DNA of 64,000 nucleotides from an uncultured virus (IMG/VR IMGVR_UViG_3300030376_007133) (IMGVR_UViG_3300030376_007133), one strand, 5' to 3'; counted from the first letter of the stretch, positions 38,441 to 48,585 are shown. The notes: generated by a model not told the origin, from the sequence alone. Numbers and translations: made by a program.

Positions 38441-38864
38441 GGTTTGTTTCCTCGTTTGAACCAATGTTGATTTTACGAGGACGCATTTCTTCTGGAATAA
38501 CATACTTCAGTTCGATTGCAAGTATACCATCCTGAATATCTGCTCCGTGCACTTGTACGTGCTCAGACAGCCGGAACGTACGCTTAAACTTCTTGGTAGA
38601 AATACCTCGATGAATAAACTCACGACCCCTAGACTTGTGATCGCCCGTTACAGTTAGTGTACGATCCTTAACCTCAACAGATAATTCATCTTGAGAGAAT
38701 CCAGCAATAGCCAATTCAATCAGATAATCTGTTTCACCAGTCTTAATTATATTATGAGGTGGATAGTGATCATTCGCATGTTTAGCAGTCCATTCAAGTT
38801 CATTGAATAGATGATCGAAACCAACGAATGAGGAACGGGGAAATAGTGTTTGTAAGCCTGTCAT
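38400..38864 (-). CDS. hsp20: Small heat-shock protein (IbpA-like)
   Basis: FVGFDHLF, YPPHNI, ELAIAGF, HRGIS, DGILAIEL...PEEMRPRKINI. Confidence 0.93.
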   Translation of the reverse strand: MTGLQTLFPRSSFVGFDHLFNELEWTAKHANDHYPPHNIIKTGETDYLIELAIAGFSQDELSVEVKDRTLTVTGDHKSRGREFIHRGISTKKFKRTFRLSEHVQVHGADIQDGILAIELKYVIPEEMRPRKINIGSNEETNHENTKQFLTESGD

Positions 38865-38933
38865 TGTTATCTCCTTTATGTCAAGCAAGATTGAAAAGTG
38901 ACCGGATTATTCCGCATCACAATTGTATTTATA
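38865..38933 (-). promoter_or_regulatory. Late promoter (38926-38933) plus ROSE-like RNA thermometer leader
   Basis: TATAAATA; hairpin; ATCTTGCT-TGACATA-AAGGAGAT pairing over the SD. Confidence 0.65.
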
Positions 38934-38963
38934 CAGTATAGCCATTACCTTACGGTATAGCTG

Positions 38964-39374
38964 TTATTTATTACCTATGTTATACTTAGGCAACAATTCC
39001 CAATTATTCTTATCTTTATAAGAAATAATTTTAATTTGACGAAGTGGTGCACATTGAAGGTTGCCGCCGTTCACAATAGTTACTAGACCCCAATCACTTA
39101 ACAATGTCGCTATCGTGTTCCTACGTTCAATGTCTGTCTCTTCTAGGTTTGCTTTCTTACTATCAAGTAGAAACAACTCTTTAAAATGCACGATAAAATA
39201 CCGGCCTTGTTTATGTAGAATATGACAGGATTGAAATAATTTCTTTTCTTTACGTGAAGCTACACCTATACGTGTTAATGTTTCACGGACTTTTAGGAAG
39301 TCATCTGGTTCATTTAAGGTAATCTCCAACATATCAGTTGGATTCCATATTACCGTTTTATCTTCTTCTTCCAC
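38964..39374 (-). CDS. regA: Translational repressor
   Basis: DDFLKVRETLTRIG, QSCHILHKQGRYFIVHFKELF. Confidence 0.95.
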   Translation of the reverse strand: MEEEDKTVIWNPTDMLEITLNEPDDFLKVRETLTRIGVASRKEKKLFQSCHILHKQGRYFIVHFKELFLLDSKKANLEETDIERRNTIATLLSDWGLVTIVNGGNLQCAPLRQIKIISYKDKNNWELLPKYNIGNK

Positions 39375-39738
39375 CTTTACTCACCTTGTTTTTTATAATT
39401 GTTATTTGGTCAGGCGATAGAAGTGTCAGGGCTTGGCGGGCTTTCTCATTACTATACCCATAATATTCCTTGACAGCATCAATATCACTTTCTTTTTGAG
39501 CCTTAGCCCACTTAGAAAACCTTTTACGTTTTCTGATCATATTTATAAGAAAGTGATATTGTAGCTTATTGTCAATCTGATGATGTTTATTCATTTCATT
39601 AGCAATAATAATTGTATCTTGGAAATAAGACAGACCTCGATTTACCATAAACGAGTTATATGCTTTTTCACTGTCGTCATCAATCATAATATCTTGTTTA
39701 GTTAGATTGATACTATTTAAATAATCAAAATGATTCAA
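39358..39738 (-). CDS. gp62: Clamp loader small subunit
   Basis: FMVNRGLS...ANEMN...RKRKRFSKW; synteny. Confidence 0.9.
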   Translation of the reverse strand: MNHFDYLNSINLTKQDIMIDDDSEKAYNSFMVNRGLSYFQDTIIIANEMNKHHQIDNKLQYHFLINMIRKRKRFSKWAKAQKESDIDAVKEYYGYSNEKARQALTLLSPDQITIIKNKVSKGGRRR

Positions 39739-40001
39739 AATCCACCTTCAATCCCACTGTCTTGACCTGGCCAATCATACGATCGTATTCTATCCCACAA
39801 TATATCTTCTGTTAAATTTACAGAATTACCTTGCTGAACGTCATGCCCTTGATAATATAATTGTGGATACGTTCTATGACCATCAGGTAATGGTTGGTTG
39901 TGCTTAATCGTATATTCTATGTTCCACTCGTCTAGCTTTTCTTTTAGCATATGACAATAATAACATGAATCTTTAGTAAATAACACAAGTTTTTGAGTCA
40001 T
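39735..40001 (-). CDS. Glutaredoxin-like protein
   Basis: CYYC; TYPQL. Confidence 0.8.
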   Translation of the reverse strand: MTQKLVLFTKDSCYYCHMLKEKLDEWNIEYTIKHNQPLPDGHRTYPQLYYQGHDVQQGNSVNLTEDILWDRIRSYDWPGQDSGIEGGF

Positions 40002-40174
40002 AATTTTACCAATGGTTCTACGGTCGATACATCATGAAAATCATTTCTATAGTGAGTTCGAGCATAACTTTCTTTTACTAGATGCCCATCTTTTTTTCTA
40101 TATACAATATATTCTTCTTTAACAACATCTGTTTTATCAGATTTAAGTGCTTGTGTAAAAGGTCCTTCGTTCAT
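39998..40174 (-). CDS. 58-aa hypothetical protein (not in ORF track)
   Basis: ATGA-coupled at both ends. Confidence 0.5.
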   Translation of the reverse strand: MNEGPFTQALKSDKTDVVKEEYIVYRKKDGHLVKESYARTHYRNDFHDVSTVEPLVKL

Positions 40175-40593
40175 GTTCTGCTACCTCTTAGTGCAAAGTA
40201 TAATCCACCTACCCATAAGAATACGTGTAAGTTATCATACAATATAACATCTAATAAACTTGTTGGTTGTCCTATCCATATAACTCCAGTAGCAATACAA
40301 CATATTGTGATACCAGAGAATCTTGTTAGTAGATCTCCTGCATCTTGAATCCAAACAAACCAGCCTGCTATTTTAGAAACTAAAACACCACTAACTAATA
40401 AACCTATGCCTGCACCGATTTCTCCGTACACTACAAACCACCATACTATAGCAGGTAGTTCCCAAGATTCAGCATCTTCTATACTGAACGGCCATTTGCT
40501 TAATCCCTGTTGTAAGAATACAATTGCAAGTGGTATACGTAATAGCCAATGGCTCAAACAAAATTCTGGTATTTTAGATAATATATTTCTCAT
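40171..40593 (-). CDS. DoxX-family membrane protein
   Basis: LLRIPLAIVFLQQGLSK...GEIGAGIGL. Confidence 0.7.
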   Translation of the reverse strand: MRNILSKIPEFCLSHWLLRIPLAIVFLQQGLSKWPFSIEDAESWELPAIVWWFVVYGEIGAGIGLLVSGVLVSKIAGWFVWIQDAGDLLTRFSGITICCIATGVIWIGQPTSLLDVILYDNLHVFLWVGGLYFALRGSRT

Positions 40594-40793
40594 AAATTTT
40601 CATCCTTGTGAAAGCAATCGAATGCAATGCCATAATACTTATTAAGAGTAACTTGTTGCCAGTTCTTCTTATCAGCAATAGCCATACATTGTTCTTTAGT
40701 AAATAATTCTTGCATTATATATTGGTTTCCCATGTATACCCAATCGGTACCGTTGTTACCCCACATTGAAATAACTAGTAAAAATTCTTTCAT
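40590..40793 (-). CDS. Hypothetical protein
   Basis: Coupled ORF. Confidence 0.55.
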   Translation of the reverse strand: MKEFLLVISMWGNNGTDWVYMGNQYIMQELFTKEQCMAIADKKNWQQVTLNKYYGIAFDCFHKDENL

Positions 40794-41725
40794 TACTTAA
40801 ACTCCACGTTTGCCATGATCTCAGTCATACAAGCTACGACATTAAGTTCATGGTCTGCCACAAAGGCGTTTTTATATTGGTAGTCAGCAAGAATCAAAAC
40901 AAGTTGTGGAATAGATTGAGGTGCTACATAATCATTCATCGAATCATATATTCCACGAAAGATAGCGGTTGCATCTATATCCATACTATTAACAACCCAA
41001 TGGCGCATATTCTTAAAGTCTTTGTCTTTAAGATATTTAGCTAAGTCAGAAAAAGATTTATTTGTATCTAATGAACCAGACACAACAAGACTACCGCTTG
41101 TAGAATGTCTTTGAGCTTCATTTAATACTCTTCTCCAGTCGGGTGCATGTTTCATCACTAGATCAACAGGTGATTTTTCATCATGCTTTATAGCTTCTCT
41201 ACCTAGTATATATAAAAGTCTTGCATGAAAGCTTGCCGCAAGTTTAGGTAAATCTTTCTTACTTGTATTAAACTCATATACACCACAACGAGAATGAAGT
41301 GGTTCGATGATTTTATTCTTAAAGTTACAAGTGAGAATAAATCGACAATTGTTCGCAAACTCTTCAATGAATCCACGAAGAGCTGGTTGAGTCGATTGGG
41401 CATTAAGATAATCGGCTTCGTCAAGGATAACAACTTTGTATCCACCTTGCAAAGAAACCGATGATGCGAATTGTTTTATCTTACCTCGTAAGGTATCGAT
41501 ATTGCCTTCTTCAGAACCGTTGATCATGATATAATCAAGACCTAGTTCATGGCAAAGGGCTTTAGCAACAGTTGTCTTACCAAGACCGGCTGTACCGGTG
41601 AAAAGCATATTAGGCAATTCACCGGTAGCCACAACATCATGGAACTGTTGTTTTAGTTCTTGTGGAAGAGTACAATCCACAATATTTTTTGGCCGATACT
41701 TTTCGACCCATAAAAAATCTGACAT
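40793..41725 (-). CDS. gp44: Clamp loader large subunit
   Basis: LWVEKYRP, GTAGLGKTT, ILDEAD, LHSRC. Confidence 0.95.
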   Translation of the reverse strand: MSDFLWVEKYRPKNIVDCTLPQELKQQFHDVVATGELPNMLFTGTAGLGKTTVAKALCHELGLDYIMINGSEEGNIDTLRGKIKQFASSVSLQGGYKVVILDEADYLNAQSTQPALRGFIEEFANNCRFILTCNFKNKIIEPLHSRCGVYEFNTSKKDLPKLAASFHARLLYILGREAIKHDEKSPVDLVMKHAPDWRRVLNEAQRHSTSGSLVVSGSLDTNKSFSDLAKYLKDKDFKNMRHWVVNSMDIDATAIFRGIYDSMNDYVAPQSIPQLVLILADYQYKNAFVADHELNVVACMTEIMANVEFK

Positions 41726-41748
41726 TACAAACCTCGTTCAACAAATAC

Positions 41749-41777
41749 ATTATATAATAAAAAGGTAGGTTTGTAAA
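41749..41777 (-). promoter_or_regulatory. Promoter TTTACA-N17-TATAAT
   Basis: Exact spacing upstream of gp44. Confidence 0.65.
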
Positions 41778-41993
41778 TTATTTTTGAGCCTCGTAGTTTT
41801 CACCAAGAGAAATAGCTTTCACACACTGATCACGTAACTGACCAATTGTAGATAACTCTTCTCCGCGGAATCCACCACGTTGTGCAACGGCGTCAATGAC
41901 AGCAATCATTGAACGTCCCATTTGTGTTGATACCTGATAGATCTGATCATGATCAATAGGTACATTATTTTCGGCTTTTACTTCTTTAGCCAT
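41778..41993 (-). CDS. Hypothetical protein
   Basis: IDAVAQRGGFRGEEL; GGAG RBS. Confidence 0.6.
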   Translation of the reverse strand: MAKEVKAENNVPIDHDQIYQVSTQMGRSMIAVIDAVAQRGGFRGEELSTIGQLRDQCVKAISLGENYEAQK

Positions 41994-41994
41994 T

Positions 41995-42669
41995 TTATTC
42001 TCCATATGTTGAGGATTTTTCTAGAGCAATCCAATAGGATACACCTAGTTCATTATTAGAAAACTCTGAGATGAGTTTAGACGAAATTGCCACGTGGTAA
42101 TCACCTGGTATAATCTTAAGATTAGAGATACTTATAACAAAGTTAAAAGGATCTTCAGGATAATTGCCGGCTATATCGATAGCGAATGTATTTGATGTAG
42201 CATTTTTACTATCAACAACTGACAAAGTTAGATGACCATTACCTGGTGTAATCGATACTTCATCATGACCAAGAGCCGCTGCGGCACGTTTGATACGACT
42301 CAGTGTGTTGGCATCTAAAGTAAATTGTACTTCGCACTGAGGCATTACAATCTTTTTAGATGGTGATGTCAACATGTCCGGATCTGAAAAGAAATACTTA
42401 ACTTTAGACCGACCAGATGAATCACTGATTAGTACATAATCTTTCTCGAAGGATAGATTAGGTACATCAACAAGACCTAGGACATTTAAAAATTCATTTA
42501 AGTCATAGATCCCGAAGTCTTGAGGAAAGTCTTCAACAGTACTGGCTGCTGATAAAACATTCTTCGCTTCAGAAATAGTCTGAATACTATTGCCTTCATT
42601 GAAAACAATGTTTGAATTAATACCTGCATAATTCTTGAGAATAGACAGGGTATTTTCACTTAGTTCCAT
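41995..42669 (-). CDS. gp45: Sliding clamp
   Basis: LSENTLSILKNYAGIN, FGIYDLNEFL, YWIALE. Confidence 0.93.
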   Translation of the reverse strand: MELSENTLSILKNYAGINSNIVFNEGNSIQTISEAKNVLSAASTVEDFPQDFGIYDLNEFLNVLGLVDVPNLSFEKDYVLISDSSGRSKVKYFFSDPDMLTSPSKKIVMPQCEVQFTLDANTLSRIKRAAAALGHDEVSITPGNGHLTLSVVDSKNATSNTFAIDIAGNYPEDPFNFVISISNLKIIPGDYHVAISSKLISEFSNNELGVSYWIALEKSSTYGE

Positions 42670-42694
42670 GATATACTCCATAATTTAGAATACT

Positions 42695-42723
42695 ATTATA
42701 CAACATTTTTGACGGATTGTACA
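42695..42723 (-). promoter_or_regulatory. Promoter TGTACA-N17-TATAAT
   Basis: Exact spacing upstream of gp45. Confidence 0.7.
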
Positions 42724-42726
42724 ACT

Positions 42727-44442
42727 TTATTTTACCTTGCTAAAGTTTTTATCTTTGATAAATTCCATCTTAGATTGAAACTTATCATCAAGGATTTCAC
42801 CTTTATGCGATATTACAAAGACATTAGTATCTTCACCGAACGCATAAATTATTTTCATTAAATTACCCACACCCTCATGGTCCAATGACGAATCAAATGT
42901 CTCATCAAGTATGAGTAAGTTAGTAGCTACTGAGTTTTTCATCTTGGCAATCTGACGCCAAGTAAATAACAGAGCTAAATCTATTCTTTGTTTCTCACCT
43001 TCTGAAAACGAATCATAAGAAAAGTTATCACGATGACGAGATCGAATAGTCTCAGTAAAACTTTCATCTAGATTAAAATGTACAAAGAAATCTAGAATCT
43101 GTAAATACTGATTTGTAAGTTGATTGATGACTGGTAGATATTGTTTAATAATCTTTGTCTTAATACCGGTATCTTTCAACATCTCAAGAATAACTGTATT
43201 GTAAGTTACATCTTCGTTGATGCTTAATTTATGTTCAAAGTGTGCTTCACGTTGTTCTTGTAACTTAGCTAGTTCTTCTCTTGCCTTTGCTGTATCACCA
43301 TCAGTACCTTTAATCTTATCGATCTGATTTGATAATACATTAATACGTTTTTGTAGACTATCTATAGAATTATTATTAGTAGTAACAATGGCTGTTTTAT
43401 CTCTTATATCTGCAGACCTATTATCTAAATCAGTAAGATCTATTTCTACGGCTTCTGCTTCGTTAGCCAGATCTATAAGAGTGTCTTGATATATTGCAGC
43501 CTTGTCTTTAGCAGTCTTAAGTTTTTCTTGTTTGAGATCTATTGGTATCTCTTGCTCACATGTTGGGCAATTGTCGTGGTTCTCATAAAACTTAGATTCT
43601 TTTACAAGTGATCGTATCTTAGAATCGAAGTCAGCTTTATATTGCAATAACGATTGCTTCTTATCATGTCGTTCTTTAATCTTTTCTTGTAAGCCTCGTG
43701 AACGTCTTTCTATATATTGAGTATGTCTATTGTTCTCAGCCTGAAGTGTTTCTATCTCACTGCGTGCTTCATCTATCTCATCTGTCTTAGACTCAACTTC
43801 TGTATTAGCAAGACCTTCAACTTCTTTAATATAATTCTGTTGTAAGCTAATTTTGTCTTTTGCTAATTCTAAACTATAGTCAACATCCTTAAGATTATCC
43901 TTCAATAAGCTTTGCTTTTCTTTTAGGATCTGATTCATTTTAGAGAATACATTAATGTCCAGAAGATCCTCGATAACATCCCGCCGATGATGCGAGGGAA
44001 GTTGCATGAAAGGAATGAAGGAGGAGGATCCCAACACAACAATCTGATGGAAGCTTTTATGATTAAGCTTCAGAATGTTTTGTTCGAGAATCTTCTGGTA
44101 CTCTTTGGCATGTGATGATTGATTAATCATCGTGCCATCAACGTAGATCTCAAACTTACCTGGTTTGATTCCACGAATGATTTTATATTCTCTTTGACCT
44201 ATACTAAACTCAACTTCTACTTCACAATTCTTATTGTTAATAGAGTTGACTAGTTGTGGTTTATTAATATTTCGGTGAGGTTTGCCAAACAGAGCGTATG
44301 ACAAAGCGTCTAGCATTGTAGATTTACCGGCACCATTGTGACCGATAACAAGGGTGGTTTTACTGCGTATAAAGTCTATCGTCGTAAAGTGATTGCCTGT
44401 CGACAAAAAATTACGATAACGCAACGTCTTAAATAATATCAT
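42727..44442 (-). CDS. gp46: Rad50/SbcC-like recombination ATPase
   Basis: GHNGAGKST, CPTC hook, FSEGE, ILDE. Confidence 0.95.
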   Translation of the reverse strand: MILFKTLRYRNFLSTGNHFTTIDFIRSKTTLVIGHNGAGKSTMLDALSYALFGKPHRNINKPQLVNSINNKNCEVEVEFSIGQREYKIIRGIKPGKFEIYVDGTMINQSSHAKEYQKILEQNILKLNHKSFHQIVVLGSSSFIPFMQLPSHHRRDVIEDLLDINVFSKMNQILKEKQSLLKDNLKDVDYSLELAKDKISLQQNYIKEVEGLANTEVESKTDEIDEARSEIETLQAENNRHTQYIERRSRGLQEKIKERHDKKQSLLQYKADFDSKIRSLVKESKFYENHDNCPTCEQEIPIDLKQEKLKTAKDKAAIYQDTLIDLANEAEAVEIDLTDLDNRSADIRDKTAIVTTNNNSIDSLQKRINVLSNQIDKIKGTDGDTAKAREELAKLQEQREAHFEHKLSINEDVTYNTVILEMLKDTGIKTKIIKQYLPVINQLTNQYLQILDFFVHFNLDESFTETIRSRHRDNFSYDSFSEGEKQRIDLALLFTWRQIAKMKNSVATNLLILDETFDSSLDHEGVGNLMKIIYAFGEDTNVFVISHKGEILDDKFQSKMEFIKDKNFSKVK

Positions 44443-45500
44443 GCAATTTCTAAAGATTGAGCCTCAGTCATAAGGTTGTACACATCCTTCTTGATACGTT
44501 CCTTACTCAGCTCAGTTTCTACTCCATCTATATAAGTATTCAACAATTCTGTTGTGTCTTCAAGGGAGATCTCATCATCTCCAACGTTTGATCCAATAAA
44601 TTCATCAAAGGTCTCTTGGATCTTTAAATCATATATTGTCCTATTCTGTATTCTATCAACAAATCGATCAAATGTAAACTGATTTTTTCGATTTATTACA
44701 ACTATTTTTACAAATTTATTTTCTACTTGACTTAGATCGTAATCCATATAATCAGTAGTACTATCATCATACCTAATCCTGTGGTGCAAAGTAAGAGGGT
44801 TCCTAATAGCTTCAAGCTCTCTCGTACCCGTGTCCAGAATATGGAAGTATTTGTTATCGTGCGCGTCATTCCAGAAAAACTCCATTTGACTACCAAGATA
44901 GGTTATATTATCTTGAGTTGATTTTGTATGGAAATGTCCTGAGTATACGGCTTCGAACCGTTTGAATAATGATCTGTCTAGACCATGTTCACACTTGATG
45001 CCTTTCATCATTTCATAACCAATAATATCAAAGTGTCCACCCATGATATCGGCTTTACATTCTTTGATAAACTTTATAGAACGTTCTTCGTTCTCAGCAT
45101 CTATCCATGGGACTAATGCCATTTTTAATCCATCATAATCCATCACAGTTGGTTCATGGATAATATGGACTTCATTCATATAATGTCCAAGTAATTCTTT
45201 TAGACTATTTAATTCACCAGTATTCTTATAGTATACGTCATGATTGCCACGAATGATATCCATTGTAATGCCGTGTTGTCGTAACGGTTTAAGGAAGCAA
45301 TGCCTAATCCGATTAATACACTTGAAATTAATGAATTTTCTATTATCGAAGAAGTCACCCAGGTGAACGATATGACGAATATCGTTTTCCAAAAGATAAG
45401 GAAAAAATACATCTGAGTAAAATTTCTCTGCGTTATCGAGAAATATGTCAGAGCTATTGCGAGTCCCACAGTGAGTGTCATTTATAATTGCTACTTTCAT
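44439..45500 (-). CDS. gp47: Mre11/SbcD-like nuclease
   Basis: DTH, GDFFD, GNHD, SGHFH. Confidence 0.95.
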   Translation of the reverse strand: MKVAIINDTHCGTRNSSDIFLDNAEKFYSDVFFPYLLENDIRHIVHLGDFFDNRKFINFKCINRIRHCFLKPLRQHGITMDIIRGNHDVYYKNTGELNSLKELLGHYMNEVHIIHEPTVMDYDGLKMALVPWIDAENEERSIKFIKECKADIMGGHFDIIGYEMMKGIKCEHGLDRSLFKRFEAVYSGHFHTKSTQDNITYLGSQMEFFWNDAHDNKYFHILDTGTRELEAIRNPLTLHHRIRYDDSTTDYMDYDLSQVENKFVKIVVINRKNQFTFDRFVDRIQNRTIYDLKIQETFDEFIGSNVGDDEISLEDTTELLNTYIDGVETELSKERIKKDVYNLMTEAQSLEIA

Positions 45501-46087
45501 TTTAAAAATTCACTTAGGTCAGAATCAGCTTTCATCTCACGCTTTTTACGTTTTTCTTTTTTGACGAATTCTTTAACTGCGTCATCCGTAGCCTTTACCT
45601 TATCTATACGATCTTTAAGGAAGTCTACGAATTGTTGAGCCACGGTATTTGCAAGTGTGTCACCCTCTACTTCAACAAACGTTTCTAATCCCGAACTAGT
45701 GAGATATTTGAGTTTGATGTCTTGTTGCTTTTTCTCTTTAGCAATACGACGGAGAAATGCATACCACGTGATTTGAGTAAAATATGCAAATGCATTTGGT
45801 TTTCCAGTTCTTGTTGCGGTTTCTAAATTATAATTCTCTATTGCCTTTAAGCAATTCTCAACAGCATCCATTACCATTTCTTCTCTATATGTATAACGAA
45901 TGAAATTTGATTTATGAGATAAGCCTTCCGCTATCTTGAGAAAGCATGATGCTATGTAATCTGTTACAATAGGTAGCTGCTCATTTTTTGCTTTAGCTTT
46001 TCTAACTTCTGTTACGTATTCAACAACGGCAGCTGAGAAGTCTGCATTATTTACGTAGTGAATACTTTGACGTTTAGTTCTTGCCAT
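45497..46087 (-). CDS. gp55: Late-transcription sigma factor
   Basis: HYVNNADF, KIAEGLS, NAFAYFTQI...RIAKEKKQ. Confidence 0.93.
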   Translation of the reverse strand: MARTKRQSIHYVNNADFSAAVVEYVTEVRKAKAKNEQLPIVTDYIASCFLKIAEGLSHKSNFIRYTYREEMVMDAVENCLKAIENYNLETATRTGKPNAFAYFTQITWYAFLRRIAKEKKQQDIKLKYLTSSGLETFVEVEGDTLANTVAQQFVDFLKDRIDKVKATDDAVKEFVKKEKRKKREMKADSDLSEFLK

Positions 46088-46106
46088 AACTTGTCCTTTC
46101 ACATAT

Positions 46107-46196
46107 ATCATACTATATTTTTATGGCGATGTACACTAAATTTTTTTAAAAAAAAGTAAAAAAAAGTATGTACAAACCGGCTGGTTGTGGTATAAT
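46107..46196. promoter_or_regulatory. Divergent promoter pair: minus TGTACA-N17-TATGAT (46107-46135), plus TGTACA-N16-TATAAT (46169-46196)
   Basis: Both read directly; A/T tracts between. Confidence 0.6.
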
Positions 46197-46228
46197 AATA
46201 AAGAGGTTTTTGAGGTGGGTGGTATACC

Positions 46229-46630
46229 CTAGTGTAATTTACTCTTATCCATTTTCGGAAATGGTAATATATTCTCTGCTATCTCTTCTTTTTCTATCTC
46301 TTCTAATTCTTCATCAGTTGGACCCTCGTTGAATTTTAAATATTCTTGTAGAGTGTCACGATAGTTATTTAATATTTCTCGCGTCGGGCTTGCTTGAGAA
46401 ACAATTAAGTCTCCGTTCAATGCAATGTTATATCCTTCTTCGATTTGTCCAACCATAAAAGGCCGAAGAGTACATAACCTCATAGCTCCTGTTGGAGATT
46501 GTAAGAATACTATCTCAAATGCATTTTTAGCAAGTATAGTAGCATTATGATCATCATCCCATTGAACGATCTCACATAAGACTTCTTCGCCGCTTGATAA
46601 TTTTAATTGAATTATTTCTTGATCGGTCAT
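46229..46630 (-). CDS. Hypothetical protein (Sm-like N-terminus), usual position between uvsW and gp55
   Basis: LKLSSGEEVLCEI. Confidence 0.65.
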   Translation of the reverse strand: MTDQEIIQLKLSSGEEVLCEIVQWDDDHNATILAKNAFEIVFLQSPTGAMRLCTLRPFMVGQIEEGYNIALNGDLIVSQASPTREILNNYRDTLQEYLKFNEGPTDEELEEIEKEEIAENILPFPKMDKSKLH

Positions 46631-48138
46631 GTTTTAAATTCTATCTCGTATATTTTATAGTTAAAAGATTCTCTTGAATATATTCTAATACGTTCTGCAC
46701 TATGCATTAGTGTGTAGTTCTTACGTCCTTTCCAATGCAAGTCGTCCGCCAAGTCAAAGAGCTTCGTAGTCCTAGAATCGTCTGATTTCCTAAGTCCTCT
46801 TCCAATTGACTGCAAGACTTTAATCTGAGATTTTGAGGGAGAGGCAAAAATAATGTTGTGTAAATTACGAATATTGATCCCAGTACTAAAAGTGCCCAGT
46901 GAGGCCACGATAATTGCATTCTTCTGTTTCTCCACTATTTTACGAATTGCTTCTCTATCCGCTGTCTCCACATCTCCTGATACGTAAAAAACTTTTCGTC
47001 TTTCATGTGCATTGGATTTAATTAGATTATATAATGGCTTTCCATGCTTATCTACAAATTGAAATAATATAAGAGTATTACCGTTTTGATCTAATGCAAG
47101 ATTATTTATAAACTTATTACGCGCTTCGTTTGTAACAATATAATCTATTTCATCATGATACTCTCTTTTACCAAACGTTTTTCTTATATGCTCAGGATAT
47201 TTAAGTAATAATACACTAATCTCTAATGGCGCTAGTGTATCTTCTTCTTGTAATTTTTTAGTGGTTGTAACATTATATACCTTTCCAAAAAGGCCTTCTA
47301 ATACAAGTCTATGAGTTTGCGTGCCATCTAATGTACCTGTTGTACCAAATCTATATTCAGCCTCACGACATTTATTCATAATAGATGTAAGTGACTTTGA
47401 TTTAAATCCGTGACATTCATCACCAAAGACCATACTAAATTGCTCGAACCATTTACCAGGCAGCTTATATACAGATTGCCATGTAGAAATAATAACGTTT
47501 TGGTTTACATTTTTTTCTTTGCCTGAATATATTCTATGGCATTCATTCTCGACTATAAAGTCATTATCATAATATGAATAGTCTTCAAAGTCAGAATACA
47601 TCTGTTGTACTAGAGAAGTCGTAGGTACAATTATTAAACATTTTTTGTTTGTCTTCTCTAGTAAGTATCTCATTAGTACATAGATTATGAGTGACTTACC
47701 TGAACCAGTGGGACTTAGTAATATAGATCGTTTTCTGTGTAGTCCTTCGCATATTGCTTCTATTTGATAACCATGCGGATTGATTCTTTTACCTTTTGTA
47801 GATAATGATAAACCATTGATAAAGTCACTTAGCTCAGCGGGATCTACGTCGACCGTAGAGCCAGGTACGCCATAATAATTGTTATGTTCCACTTCTACTT
47901 TGTATTTACGTGGTGCACAAAATTCTTGCAAGTATGGGAATAAACCCACAGGCAATTCTTGTGACTGTGAATTATACAACCTTATTTTGCCGTCCCACAC
48001 CTTATTACGAAATGCTGGCATATACTTATAGCCTGGAACAAAAAATGAAAAGAAGTCTGTCAGTTCGTTAGCTATTCCCATATCAGTATGTACTGACATT
48101 ACGGAATGATTCTTCTGACTTACAACTAGTTTATCCAC
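46627..48138 (-). CDS. uvsW: SF2 DNA helicase
   Basis: SPTGSGKS, GDECH, QSIGRGLR. Confidence 0.95.
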   Translation of the reverse strand: MDKLVVSQKNHSVMSVHTDMGIANELTDFFSFFVPGYKYMPAFRNKVWDGKIRLYNSQSQELPVGLFPYLQEFCAPRKYKVEVEHNNYYGVPGSTVDVDPAELSDFINGLSLSTKGKRINPHGYQIEAICEGLHRKRSILLSPTGSGKSLIIYVLMRYLLEKTNKKCLIIVPTTSLVQQMYSDFEDYSYYDNDFIVENECHRIYSGKEKNVNQNVIISTWQSVYKLPGKWFEQFSMVFGDECHGFKSKSLTSIMNKCREAEYRFGTTGTLDGTQTHRLVLEGLFGKVYNVTTTKKLQEEDTLAPLEISVLLLKYPEHIRKTFGKREYHDEIDYIVTNEARNKFINNLALDQNGNTLILFQFVDKHGKPLYNLIKSNAHERRKVFYVSGDVETADREAIRKIVEKQKNAIIVASLGTFSTGINIRNLHNIIFASPSKSQIKVLQSIGRGLRKSDDSRTTKLFDLADDLHWKGRKNYTLMHSAERIRIYSRESFNYKIYEIEFKT

Positions 48139-48574
48139 CCGCTTCGAACCTTCTCCAATCAATAATATTTTTTATAGTGGAATGTCTCCACTTTAATACA
48201 TTTATAATTTCGGTAAGTGTCTCTATATAAGTTTTATAGTATGTAATTTTTTCCTCAGATTTTTGTATATCAATATCAGCATCATAGTAATAATCCATCT
48301 CACCTTTGAGAACCTTTAATCCTTCAAATGGATCAAACTCCCAACCAGCTTCCTGAATTTGTTCTTGTGTCATTTTGCCATTATAGTATAACCATTTCTT
48401 TTTGAGTAAAGTCTTTTGATCCATCTCAGCTTTCTTTAACTGAAGACGAGCTATGGACATAAACTCCATATATTTTGCATGTAGTGCTGGTGTTTGTCTA
48501 GATGTTTCATCAAGATTATACTGAGGTATCTCAGCATCTTTTTTCCACATCTCGAGTACAGTTTCGAGATTCAT
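48131..48574 (-). CDS. uvsY: Recombination mediator
   Basis: LHAKY...YYNGK...IKNIIDWRRFEAG; synteny. Confidence 0.88.
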   Translation of the reverse strand: MNLETVLEMWKKDAEIPQYNLDETSRQTPALHAKYMEFMSIARLQLKKAEMDQKTLLKKKWLYYNGKMTQEQIQEAGWEFDPFEGLKVLKGEMDYYYDADIDIQKSEEKITYYKTYIETLTEIINVLKWRHSTIKNIIDWRRFEAGG

Positions 48575-48585
48575 TATATAACTTT

